Assembly (NCBI GenBank): GCA_963764625.1
Contig: CAVXTH010000005.1
Location: 453,532 to 517,531 of the forward strand
Length of the DNA stretch: 64,000 nt
Direction: 5' to 3'
From: Candidatus Krumholzibacteriota bacterium
GTDB lineage: Bacteria > Krumholzibacteriota > Krumholzibacteriia > JAJRXK01
The notes beneath the pieces are model-generated. The model was not told the origin of the DNA. It saw nothing but the letters and a program-made list of their open reading frames with translations, and searched no databases. Position 1 is the stretch's first letter, and each line of letters opens with the position of its first letter. Both the position numbers and the translations under genes were made by a program. Positions 9,803 to 19,359 of the stretch are shown here, piece after piece.

Positions 9803-10345
9803 ATGCGTAAATTCACCCTGATCCTGAGCTTGGCCGTCCTGGTGCTCTTCACCTTCAGCACAATCAGTGTGGCGGCAGACCACGAGTACGCCGGCGTATT
9901 CAAGTGCAAGATGTGCCACAAGAAAGAATCCACGGGGGACCAGTACGGGATTTGGCTGAAGAGTGCTCACGCTAAGGCCTACACGACGCTCGCGAGCGAC
10001 GAGGCCAAGGCCGTGGCCGCCAAATTGAAGCTAGAAGGCAATCCCCAGGAACTCGACGAGTGTCTTAGCTGCCACGTGACCGCGCACGGCGTGGACGCGA
10101 AGCTCTTGGGCACCAAGTACACCGTTGAGGATGGTGTGGGCTGCGAGAGTTGTCACGGTCCTGGCGCCGACTACATGAAGATGTCGGTGATGAAGGACAA
10201 GAAGCAGGCGATCGCCGCGGGTTTGATCATCCCCGATGAGAAGACCTGCATCATGTGTCACAACGAGAAGAGTCCCACCTACAAGAAATTCGATTACAAG
10301 ACGTTCTACGCCAAGATCGCGCACACCATTCCTCCCCAGGAATAG
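9803..10345 (+). CDS. Periplasmic tetraheme cytochrome c (c554-like)
   Basis: Sec signal peptide, 4 CxxCH (CKMCH, CLSCH, CESCH, CIMCH) and a GVGCESCHGPG motif. Confidence 0.9.
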   Translation: MRKFTLILSLAVLVLFTFSTISVAADHEYAGVFKCKMCHKKESTGDQYGIWLKSAHAKAYTTLASDEAKAVAAKLKLEGNPQELDECLSCHVTAHGVDAKLLGTKYTVEDGVGCESCHGPGADYMKMSVMKDKKQAIAAGLIIPDEKTCIMCHNEKSPTYKKFDYKTFYAKIAHTIPPQE

Positions 10346-10383
10346 GAACTAAAGCGCGGAGGCGTGAAACCAAAATTCGAATG

Positions 10384-10409
10384 GACGCCGGTCTCTTGGG
10401 GCCGGCGTC
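10384..10409 (+). terminator. Intercistronic hairpin (weak terminator or mRNA stabiliser)
   Basis: GACGCCGGTC...GGCCGGCGTC stem, without a strong U-tract. Confidence 0.45.
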
Positions 10410-10428
10410 GTTCATGTGAGGCTAGCCG

Positions 10429-12411
10429 ATGATGTTGAAGACCGTAGTGCTCGCGAATCTCAGGCGTCCTTTTCGCTCAAGGACGCGTCAGACCCTGTAC
10501 TTTGTGGCGACGCTCCTGGCGCTGAGTCTGTCCTCTCCAAAGCCCGTGGTCGCGAGTAGCGACGATTGCCTCGGATGCCACGAACCCAAGGCGGACACTG
10601 TTGAAGCCGCGCATCAGGTCGATCCCGTCAAATGGGCGGCTTCGATTCACGCGCAGGCGGGATTGGAGTGCACGGACTGTCACGAAGGCAACTTCGACGA
10701 AGTCCCTCACGAGGGCGTCGCGAAGGCCAAGTGCACGAACTGTCATGATGAGGCCGGCCAAGAGTTCAAGACCAGCGTACACGCGCAAATCGTGCTCAAA
10801 GAGGGAGATGAATCTCCGTTCGGAGATAATCCCTGTGCGGCGTGCCACGGAGTCCACGACGTGCTTCCTCCCGATGATCCCCAGAGCCCCGTCTTCTACC
10901 GGAACATCCCCGCGACCTGCGGACACTGTCACGGCGATACGAAGATCATTCAGCTCACGGGAGTTGATGCCAATCCGCCGGCCCAGTACAAGACGAGCGT
11001 GCACGGACAGGATCTCGGCGATCCGAACAAGAAACCGGCCGTCTGCAGCAACTGCCACGGCTACCACGATATCCGCCTGGCCAAGGATCCCGAGTCGCGC
11101 ATCAACCCCTTCAACATTCCCTCTACCTGTGGCCAATGTCACAAGGAGGAAGCGCAGACCTATCTGGGATCGGTACATGGCGTCGCGGCGCAGCGTGGCG
11201 TCACTCTGGCGCCCACGTGCACCACCTGTCATGGCATGCATGCCATCGCACCGGTCACGCGGTCAGAAGGAGGCAGCCCGAACGACTTGCGCCTGGTGCG
11301 AACCACCTGTCCGGCCTGCCACCAGAGCACCGCTCTCATCAGCCGCTTCAACATCGCGGCCGCCCGCGTCGCCACGTACGAGGCCAGCTACCACGGACTC
11401 GTATCGCGGCGCGGCGAGACCAAGGTAGCCGATTGCGCGAGCTGTCACGGCATTCACAACATCTATGCCTCGAGTGACCCTCGCTCCACGGTGGCTTCCC
11501 AAAATCTCGAAGCGACCTGCGGGAAATGTCATCCCGGCGCCGGGCAGAAGTTCGTAAATCAACCGGTCCATCTCTTGGAATCGAAGCCGAACTCCAAGGG
11601 AGCCGTGGTCACCTTTTGGGTCAAGCGGGTGTACTGGGTGCTGCTCATCGGCGTTTTGGGCGGCATGCTGCTCCACAACGCCATCATCCTCTTCTTCTAC
11701 CTTCGCAAGAACTGGCACGCGCAGAAAAGTGGGGAGAATCGTCTGCGCTTCGACCGCAGCGAAATCATTCAACATTCGCTCTTCGTGATCGCCTTCGTGC
11801 TTCTGGCCCTCACCGGGTTCATGCTCGCCTATCCCGACCACTGGTGGGCGCGGGGGATGTCCGCCCTGGGAGTGGGAGAGACCTCGCGGCGCGCGATCCA
11901 CCGGGTGAGTGCGGTGGTCATGGTGCTGGTGAGCCTCTACCACGTGTACTGGATCGCCTTCACTTCTTACGGACGCGGCGAGCTGAAGCGCATCGTCCCG
12001 CGTCTACGGGACGTGCGCGAAGTCCTGCAGAACATGCGTTACCACTTGGGAAAGAGCGAACAACAGGCTGCCTTCGCGAAATTCGACTACCCGGCCAAGG
12101 CGGAATATTGGGCGCTGGTCTGGGGCACGGTGGTCATGGCTCTCACCGGCGCGATTCTGTGGTTCCCGGTGGTAGCTACCTCCATCTTCCCCTCGTGGAT
12201 CGTGGAAGTCGCCACCGTCGTCCATCTCTTCGAAGCGTGGCTGGCGACGCTCGCCATTCTCATCTTCCACTTCTTCTTCGTGATCTTCCACCCGGAGGTC
12301 TATCCACTCAGCTTCGCCATGTTGCGCGGAACGATGCCCTCGCGCCTCGCGGAGCATCACCATCCGGCGTGGAGGAAGGAAGAGGACGCTTCGGCGCCCG
12401 TGGGTGAGTAG
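10429..12411 (+). CDS. Multiheme cytochrome c fused to a cytochrome b domain (CbcL-like)
   Basis: 11 CxxCH motifs, followed by about 5 TM helices carrying candidate His heme-b ligands (QHS, IHR, VHL, FHF) and KAEYWALVWG. Confidence 0.85.
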   Translation: MMLKTVVLANLRRPFRSRTRQTLYFVATLLALSLSSPKPVVASSDDCLGCHEPKADTVEAAHQVDPVKWAASIHAQAGLECTDCHEGNFDEVPHEGVAKAKCTNCHDEAGQEFKTSVHAQIVLKEGDESPFGDNPCAACHGVHDVLPPDDPQSPVFYRNIPATCGHCHGDTKIIQLTGVDANPPAQYKTSVHGQDLGDPNKKPAVCSNCHGYHDIRLAKDPESRINPFNIPSTCGQCHKEEAQTYLGSVHGVAAQRGVTLAPTCTTCHGMHAIAPVTRSEGGSPNDLRLVRTTCPACHQSTALISRFNIAAARVATYEASYHGLVSRRGETKVADCASCHGIHNIYASSDPRSTVASQNLEATCGKCHPGAGQKFVNQPVHLLESKPNSKGAVVTFWVKRVYWVLLIGVLGGMLLHNAIILFFYLRKNWHAQKSGENRLRFDRSEIIQHSLFVIAFVLLALTGFMLAYPDHWWARGMSALGVGETSRRAIHRVSAVVMVLVSLYHVYWIAFTSYGRGELKRIVPRLRDVREVLQNMRYHLGKSEQQAAFAKFDYPAKAEYWALVWGTVVMALTGAILWFPVVATSIFPSWIVEVATVVHLFEAWLATLAILIFHFFFVIFHPEVYPLSFAMLRGTMPSRLAEHHHPAWRKEEDASAPVGE

Positions 12412-12433
12412 AGAACGGATACTGGACCCGAGA

Positions 12434-12467
12434 TGAGGGGTTGCGCAATGCAGGCCGCAACCCCTCA
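12434..12467. terminator. Hairpin between convergent genes
   Basis: TGAGGGGTTGCG-N10-CGCAACCCCTCA, a perfect 12-bp stem. Confidence 0.65.
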
Positions 12468-12511
12468 CTCCACGACGCAGCGATGCGGTCGCGGCTCAGC
12501 GACCATCGGAT

Positions 12512-14407
12512 CTACTCGAGCGATAGCTTGGCATTCCGTATAGGAACCACCATCACCCGAGTTCCATTGACTTCTCTCCATTCTCGCACAGCCTGAAAGC
12601 GTACCGTGGTCTCTCGAGTCATTTCATGGTTTGGCAAGGGAATCGTGGTTTCCACCCAAGTCCAAGGGCGGGCAGGGAGTCGCAAGAGTTTCAGCGCAGC
12701 ATTCTCGGGCTTGATCTTCAATTCCTGCACTGGAACCATGAATTCAGAGCTGGCCACCTCGAAGGTCAAATTCGCCGAGCCTTCATAATGGGCAACCAGG
12801 TCAGCGTCCTTCCGGGATGCCCAGCGAAAATCGCCGGGTTCCCAAGGGCCCCATCCCTTCCCGTACTCCACCATGGGTGCCCGACGCAGAGAAAGACACA
12901 GATCCCCCACTCGACATAGCAGACTGTCTCCGACGGCCGGATCACCGGAACGCATTACAAAAAAGGAATGACCCGGTGTTGTGCCCTTGTTGGATGGTGG
13001 AAGAGCGGTGAATGACAATTCCGTAGTCGCCGTGAACCCACGCTTTGAAAGTTCATTCCGAACGGATACCAACAGCAGATTCCATTGCGCACCTTCGGGC
13101 ACGACGTGAATCCATGTCTGGTTCAAATCTTCCGCGGCATTTTCCAGCGAATCAGAGACCCTCTTCACCGTCTGGGCATTGGGATCCTGCCTGCTAAGAA
13201 CCTTTTCGATAGCCTCACTCCGAAATGCCACAATCAGGCATACCATCGCCACACCGAGCGACACGGTGGTGCCTATTTTGGGGGTTCTCCGCCAAGACCA
13301 CTTCAGTGCCGTATCCAACCTCAGCCACAAAAAGAGCCCCGGAATCAATGGGATCCACACGAACAAATAGTGGAGTGCTGGACCTGTCACCAAAAGCACG
13401 GATGCGATTGCCCAGACCATCAGGAGGGTTCCAAGTATGTAGATTCTGCGAGCCCACGAACGTAGCGCACCCGGGTTCGCCCATAGCGCTACCAGCAATC
13501 CAATCCCCAGCACCGAAGACACGGTGAATACGGGGACTTGGTGGCCATGCACGGGAAACGGAGAAGACTGCAGGCCCAAAACCCAAGAGGGAAATTCGCC
13601 CAGAAGAGCCATGGACTCGCGCAGAGTTCCGGCGTGGACTGATGACGACCCCATGAGAGCCAATGTCATGTCCCAGAGATTGCCCCGCACGCCATGCAGC
13701 AACGCGATGATTGGTGGGACCCACACCAAGAGAATGAGAATCCACAGGATTAGTGAATGATGAGAGTAGTGCCCGCGCTTCCCTCTCAGAGTTTGCCAAA
13801 CGACTATCCCGACGATCGCAAGCGCAACGATCGGAAGATATGAGACATGGAGCTGGATGAGATAGCTTCCAACTAGGGCGAGCGAGGCTAGCCCCCCTCC
13901 GCGCGTTGTATCGCACGCGAGAACAGCCATCACGACGAATAGGACAAACGGCATCAGAGCAAGGTAGGGATTCCAGGGCAGACAAAGCACCGTCGGCCCC
14001 CAGAACACCAACAACAGCGTGAGTACGATGCCAAATGACGATGCGAATTCCCTCTTCTGGCGCCTCAGCAGCTTAAGTGCGAGAGCAGCAAACAGGAAGT
14101 TGTGCAGCCACGCAGCTAGGTGCAGCGCATCGGTGGACCCTCCAAAGAGATTGTAGAAGGGCCACAGCACGTAGTACATGGCCGGGCCAGGGTGAAACCA
14201 GCCAAGTCGCGAGTGCACTCCCAACAAAGGAAGATCCCTCGGCATGGCACGGAGCCATGACTCGATGACCGCGACGTCTGCGAAAGGGGGATGAAGCGCA
14301 GGAAGACCAAGCAGGAGGAATAACAGGAGGACTATTAGCGGCAACCATACGCTCATCACTTGAAGGATATCTGAAACCACTCGATTCGGCCCAGGCACCT
14401 CAGTCAT
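12512..14407 (-). CDS. Polytopic membrane protein, GT-C-fold glycosyltransferase-like
   Basis: About 10 hydrophobic segments, an acidic loop after TM1 (ADVAVIE), HPGP and PWNPY motifs, and a C-terminal extracytoplasmic domain (GW..WE..FRW). Confidence 0.55.
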   Translation of the reverse strand: MTEVPGPNRVVSDILQVMSVWLPLIVLLLFLLLGLPALHPPFADVAVIESWLRAMPRDLPLLGVHSRLGWFHPGPAMYYVLWPFYNLFGGSTDALHLAAWLHNFLFAALALKLLRRQKREFASSFGIVLTLLLVFWGPTVLCLPWNPYLALMPFVLFVVMAVLACDTTRGGGLASLALVGSYLIQLHVSYLPIVALAIVGIVVWQTLRGKRGHYSHHSLILWILILLVWVPPIIALLHGVRGNLWDMTLALMGSSSVHAGTLRESMALLGEFPSWVLGLQSSPFPVHGHQVPVFTVSSVLGIGLLVALWANPGALRSWARRIYILGTLLMVWAIASVLLVTGPALHYLFVWIPLIPGLFLWLRLDTALKWSWRRTPKIGTTVSLGVAMVCLIVAFRSEAIEKVLSRQDPNAQTVKRVSDSLENAAEDLNQTWIHVVPEGAQWNLLLVSVRNELSKRGFTATTELSFTALPPSNKGTTPGHSFFVMRSGDPAVGDSLLCRVGDLCLSLRRAPMVEYGKGWGPWEPGDFRWASRKDADLVAHYEGSANLTFEVASSEFMVPVQELKIKPENAALKLLRLPARPWTWVETTIPLPNHEMTRETTVRFQAVREWREVNGTRVMVVPIRNAKLSLE

Positions 14408-14663
14408 AATTCACCCATGAGTTCTCGCTAGCGGAAAGATCGCCATTAGCTCAAGCATAACCTGTCTTCGCGCACCAGCACACGGCGAGATGGCAGCCAT
14501 GGCGGAAAGTGTACTTCTAGTGCAAGGCAGCATACAATATGTACGGGGATCATGATCCATGTAGAAGCAGACTGTCACCCTAGCAAATCGCTCGAATGGA
14601 GTAGCATCTTTCCAAGAAGACGTCCCATTGTGAAGATGGTTCCAGCGTTCAACAGGTCATTTC

Positions 14664-16427
14664 GTGCATGCTATCATTCGGAATAAGAGCACGTGCGGGG
14701 CGGTGTTCTCTTGGACCTTGCTCGCCGTGGGGATAGCCGTACTCCTCTCGGCGAACTGTATTACCGGCAAGGTCGACTACACTGGTTGTGACGCCCACGG
14801 GAATCTGCTGACATCGCAAGTACTCGTCGAAACAGGTCATCTTTGGCTAGAATCCTACCTCGCGAAGTCCGATTCTCTGAGCTATGGCATCTCCGAGCGA
14901 AACCAACACCTTATCTACTTCTTCCCGATGGGAACGCCCATTCTCTCGATACCCGTCGTGGCCTTCGTCACGTCCTTTGGTGCAGATCTGCGGGTTCGGG
15001 CCCAGGATCGAGTTCTGCAACGCATACTGGCCGCATTGACGGTTGGCCTCGCGTTTCTACTTCTCTATGCGTTTTGCCTCCGCTTCTTGCCATCGCTCGA
15101 GAGTCTGATTCTCTCGGCAACCTTCATCGGCGGGAGCTCGTTCATCAGTACGGCTGGCACAGCACTTTGGAGTTTGGACTTCGGATTCGTGCTCATCATT
15201 CTCGCGATGCTTCTCTTGCTGCGGGATGGTTCGGGCGGGAAGCCGCTCCGTGGATCTGCGGTCGTGGCAGCCGGAATCAGTCTGTGCTTCGCCTTTATGT
15301 GTAGACCGACTTTCGCGATTCCGGCCGTTCTGCTGACTTTGGATACTCTCTTGAGGAACCGCCGCGCGGGACTCATCCTCGTCGCAACAAGCATTACATG
15401 TGCAGTTCCAGCGGCTATATTCTCGTTGCGGGAATACGGCACCCTCCTGCCTGCCTACTACTTGCCGAGCAGAATCGATGGCCACGCAAGCTTTCTCGTG
15501 AGTCTGACGGGACACCTCGTCAGTCCAGGGCGCGGAGTCTTCGCCTTCAATCCATTCTTGATCGTGGTGTTCGTGGTTCTCGTTGCGACCTTGCGACGCT
15601 GGAGAACGAAACGACTGGCATGGCTCGCACTCGTGTGGATCGGTGCCCATCTCATGGTGATCGCCAAGTTCCCCCATTGGTGGGGGGGCTGGTCCTACGG
15701 GAGCCGTTTTTTTGCGGATGCTCTACCCGGCTTCGCACTCTTGACGATCGTACTCTGGTCGAGCTTGCGCGACCCCCCCCTTACGCGTCGCGTTCGTTGG
15801 GCGATTCGGCTCTTTCTGGCGACCGCGATCCTCGGTCTCTGGATCAATTCCTATCAGGGGATTCGCAATCCTTCTACCCTACTCTGGAATGGTGAGCCCG
15901 ACGTAGACATCTATCCCGCCAAACTCTTCGACTGGGACTATCCTCAGTTTCTCGCCAGTCCAGCCCGTAATGCCGCTCAAGGGCGCGAGTATTACGTGCC
16001 GCGATTGGAACCTATTCCAAGTGATCAACTCACAACGCCGGATAGCCCCTACCTCTACCTGGAGAACTGGTTCCCCATCGAACACGGCGAAAACGATCAG
16101 TGGCGGTGGTCGCGGGGAAAGACAGTACGAATCTGGTTCAAAGACGCACCCGGTGCACTGACCGAACGACTCACGGTGGGAGTCGGATCCGTTGGTGAGC
16201 AGACGATCAGCGTATCTTGCGACGGAACGTCTTTGGATACGTTCACGCACGAAGGATTCGCACCGCAAACGATCTCTTGGATTCTGCCTTCGCCCGAAGG
16301 GAGCAGAGAAGAAGGCCGGATTCGAGAGATAGCGTTCCACATCCCCAAAGCCAAGAAGGTACAAGACGCGCAGGGAAGCATAGGCCTAGGCCTCCATTGG
16401 CTTCGCATCGAACGGGCCGGAAATTGA
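14664..16427 (+). CDS. Polytopic membrane protein, GT-C-fold glycosyltransferase-like
   Basis: Asp after TM1 (GCDAHG), FPMGTPIL, CRPT, SPGRG and WWGGWSYGSRF motifs, and a C-terminal W..E...WRWS domain. Confidence 0.6.
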   Translation: MHAIIRNKSTCGAVFSWTLLAVGIAVLLSANCITGKVDYTGCDAHGNLLTSQVLVETGHLWLESYLAKSDSLSYGISERNQHLIYFFPMGTPILSIPVVAFVTSFGADLRVRAQDRVLQRILAALTVGLAFLLLYAFCLRFLPSLESLILSATFIGGSSFISTAGTALWSLDFGFVLIILAMLLLLRDGSGGKPLRGSAVVAAGISLCFAFMCRPTFAIPAVLLTLDTLLRNRRAGLILVATSITCAVPAAIFSLREYGTLLPAYYLPSRIDGHASFLVSLTGHLVSPGRGVFAFNPFLIVVFVVLVATLRRWRTKRLAWLALVWIGAHLMVIAKFPHWWGGWSYGSRFFADALPGFALLTIVLWSSLRDPPLTRRVRWAIRLFLATAILGLWINSYQGIRNPSTLLWNGEPDVDIYPAKLFDWDYPQFLASPARNAAQGREYYVPRLEPIPSDQLTTPDSPYLYLENWFPIEHGENDQWRWSRGKTVRIWFKDAPGALTERLTVGVGSVGEQTISVSCDGTSLDTFTHEGFAPQTISWILPSPEGSREEGRIREIAFHIPKAKKVQDAQGSIGLGLHWLRIERAGN

Positions 16428-16444
16428 TCTCTGCCACCTGCGCT

Positions 16445-17479
16445 TTACTGCGCCATGATCTTGGCCAAGAGCTCGTCGTCGGCTTTCAAAAAGCCGGCCT
16501 TCATGATGCGCGGCGTGAGCACACGCCAGTTCTCGCCCTTGGCGAAGATCTCCTTGAACAGGGCGAGTGCCGCATCGGTTTCGCCCGCGTTGCTCAGCGC
16601 CACCGCGTACCAGTAGCTGGCCTCGAGGTTGTCCCCCAGGATGTGCTGCGCCGCGCCGTAGGCACGCTTGGCCGCGGGCAGGTCGTCCTTCTCCACCGCG
16701 AGATCGCCCGCGTTCATCATGTCGTAGCCATGCTGGAGAACCAGGAGTCGGCCGAGTTCCTCCACCGGCTTCTTCGCGTCCTCCACCCTCAGATCGACCA
16801 ACACGTCGTTCCAGGGCTGCCCGGAGGGCGTCCCCTTCACCACCAGCATCGCGGCCGATTGCCGGCCACGGATGTCTCCGCCCTCTTTCTGGGCGGCCTG
16901 CAGAGCCGCCAGCATGCGCTGGGAGAGATCGCCCTCGGCCTTTTCGAAGGCGGCGGCCATGGCATCGGGCACCGTGCTGCGCTCCATGAGATTCGCCTGG
17001 CAACTGTAGTTCTCGCCCGCGTGGTCGCCTGCCTCCGCGATGCACCCACTGCCGGTGTGCACCGCCACCCTCCCCTGGGCGTCGATCATGGCCACCTGAC
17101 GGATTTCCGGGTGTTCATCGGCTTGCAGTAGGGCCTTCAGGGTCGCCGGAGCCGGGCGTCCCGCCGCCATCATGTCGAGCCCCAGAGGACCATAGGTGAC
17201 GTCGACCATCGACTGGGTGGCCACGGCGCCGACTCCGGCCCGCGCCCAGGGAACGACACTGCCCACGCCGAACCAGTGCGATTGCACCGCCACTCCCAGC
17301 TGCCCTGTTTTCGGATCGCGGGCCACGATGGAATAGGTGGTGACGGGCCGGATGCGGGAGATCCGAGAGCCGCTCGCAACAGTGGCCGGGGAACTGGCCG
17401 CGGATGTAACTGATGTAACTACGGAGAGGAAAAGGCAGAGAACGAGGAGCGGGAAACTCTTGAGCGGCCTGGCGTGCAT
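16445..17479 (-). CDS. Exported DUF1028 (Ntn-hydrolase-like) protein with a C-terminal TPR
   Basis: Signal peptide; TYSIVARD, GVAVQSHW, GAVATQS, GGDIRGRQSAA and DLRVED motifs. Confidence 0.85.
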   Translation of the reverse strand: MHARPLKSFPLLVLCLFLSVVTSVTSAASSPATVASGSRISRIRPVTTYSIVARDPKTGQLGVAVQSHWFGVGSVVPWARAGVGAVATQSMVDVTYGPLGLDMMAAGRPAPATLKALLQADEHPEIRQVAMIDAQGRVAVHTGSGCIAEAGDHAGENYSCQANLMERSTVPDAMAAAFEKAEGDLSQRMLAALQAAQKEGGDIRGRQSAAMLVVKGTPSGQPWNDVLVDLRVEDAKKPVEELGRLLVLQHGYDMMNAGDLAVEKDDLPAAKRAYGAAQHILGDNLEASYWYAVALSNAGETDAALALFKEIFAKGENWRVLTPRIMKAGFLKADDELLAKIMAQ

Positions 17480-17548
17480 CGAATGCTCCTTTCGCGAGAG
17501 TCGCTCGGAGCATTGTACACGGGTTCCGGCCGCTCAACCAGCTTCAGC

Positions 17549-19045
17549 TCAGGGCGCGTGACACTCGGTACAGTTGGTGTCCTTCCAGGCTCCGTCGATG
17601 TCCACCGGGTGACGATATTCGTGGCCCCCGATGTCGGTGAAGCCGGTTCCGTCATCGAACTGCTGCGCCACGATGGTATGACAGACGTTGCAGTCGTGGG
17701 GAATGGCCTCGCCGTTCTCGCTCACGTGATTGCCGTCATGACAGCGGAAGCACCCATCGCTGAAGAGGTGACCGATGTTGTCTGCATGGGCTTTCCAGTC
17801 GGTCTTCATCTCGGGGAAGTAGTTCTTGGTGTACATGTCCCAGGTCACGTCGACTGCAGCCTGGATCTGAGCGGGAGCGGCGCCGGCGTCGGAGCATGCT
17901 TTCCTGACGTAGTCTTTCAACCCCTTCGCCGCCTCAGCGCGGTTCGCGTAGTCCTGCTCCATGGCGTCGACCATGATGCCCTTGATGCCCGGAATCGTCT
18001 TGCTCACCTCGCCGGAGGCCAGAGCGTGGTTGGCGAGGTGGGCCGGTGGATTGTAGCGATGCGAGGGCCGGTTGTGACAGTCGATGCAGTCCATCACCCG
18101 GATGTTCTCGTCATTGAGAGTGCTCTCGTCGAAGTCTTCCTCGGTGCTCTTGAACACCTTGACCGTTCCGTCGGCCGTGGTCGAGCGCACCCAGGGAATC
18201 ACCTGACGACGACCATCGGTCGCCACGTATTCCACCTTGTTCGCCGAGTTGCTGTGCCAGTGGATGCCTTCGGTGTGCCCGGTCTCGCTGTGCGCGCCGC
18301 CGGTCTTCAACAGCAGGTGGAGACGGAAGTGCCGATTGTCGTCTTCGCTCGAGTAGTAGTCGTGGACCACGTATCGGTCGCTGTAGAAGACCTCGGGCCA
18401 GTGGCACTGCTCGCAGGTTTCTCTTGAAGGCCGCAGGTTCTTGATCGGGGTGTGAATCGGTTTGGGGTAGACGTTGGCCAGGACCGCGTAGACCTGATAG
18501 CTCCCCGAGAGTTTCGAACGAACGAACCATTCGGCGCCGGGACCGATGTGACACTGCACGCAGCGCACTTTGGCGTGCGGGGAATTCTGGTAGGCCACGA
18601 ACTCCGGCTGCATGACCTTGTGACAGGTCTCTCCGCAGAACTTCACGCTCTCGGTGGCCTCGTAGGCCTGGTAGGTCCCGAAGGCGGTCATGCCCAGGAA
18701 GATGGCCGTCCCCACCGTGAAGATGATGGTCGCCCGCCGGGTGCGGCTGTCGTTGAGATCGACTCGGGGAAGCGGCTTGTCCGGGCGGCCCTGCACGCGG
18801 CGGCGGTGTTGCCGCCAGGCGCCGACCATCACCGTCACCAATCCCAGGATGAGGAAGATCGGCAGGATGATGAAGGCGATGATCCCCATGTAGGGGCTCG
18901 AGTCCTTGCTCAGGGCCTCCAGAATCATCAAAAAGAAGATCAAAAGAAGGCTCAGGGCCGCCAGGGAGGCCCCCACCATGGTGACGAGGTTGTAGAAGAC
19001 CGAGGGGAGCTTCTTCTGGGGCGGAGTCTGACCTTCAGGATTCAC
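17549..19045 (-). CDS. NapC/NirT-domain inner-membrane multiheme cytochrome (ImcH-like)
   Basis: 3 N-terminal TM helices, TESVKFCGETCHKVM (CxxxCH) plus 6 CxxCH for 7 heme sites in total, and CHIGPGAEWFVRSKLSG. Confidence 0.85.
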   Translation of the reverse strand: MNPEGQTPPQKKLPSVFYNLVTMVGASLAALSLLLIFFLMILEALSKDSSPYMGIIAFIILPIFLILGLVTVMVGAWRQHRRRVQGRPDKPLPRVDLNDSRTRRATIIFTVGTAIFLGMTAFGTYQAYEATESVKFCGETCHKVMQPEFVAYQNSPHAKVRCVQCHIGPGAEWFVRSKLSGSYQVYAVLANVYPKPIHTPIKNLRPSRETCEQCHWPEVFYSDRYVVHDYYSSEDDNRHFRLHLLLKTGGAHSETGHTEGIHWHSNSANKVEYVATDGRRQVIPWVRSTTADGTVKVFKSTEEDFDESTLNDENIRVMDCIDCHNRPSHRYNPPAHLANHALASGEVSKTIPGIKGIMVDAMEQDYANRAEAAKGLKDYVRKACSDAGAAPAQIQAAVDVTWDMYTKNYFPEMKTDWKAHADNIGHLFSDGCFRCHDGNHVSENGEAIPHDCNVCHTIVAQQFDDGTGFTDIGGHEYRHPVDIDGAWKDTNCTECHAP

Positions 19046-19359
19046 GCGGGTTCTCCGAAAAAGAGCGAGAACGTTCGGCCCGAGCCGCCGGGGAGAGCGG
19101 TCAGGAGTGCTGGAGCAGGAGGTCGAATATAGGTGTTGAGAGGAGCTTCACCTAGTCCCTTTTGGTTGTCAATGCCCTCAAAAATCGCCGGCCCCAAATC
19201 TGACCTTGACCTCGCAAGTTCTTCAGCAACAATTAGATGAACTATGGGCCCATCGCTTGGCTCCCAATAGCGGAGTGGTGTGCCCGATGCTTCTCTTCTG
19301 GTCTTTCCCCGGCGATCCTCGAGGACTTTCTCGGCACGCGTGAAGAAAAGAGGCTTGGA

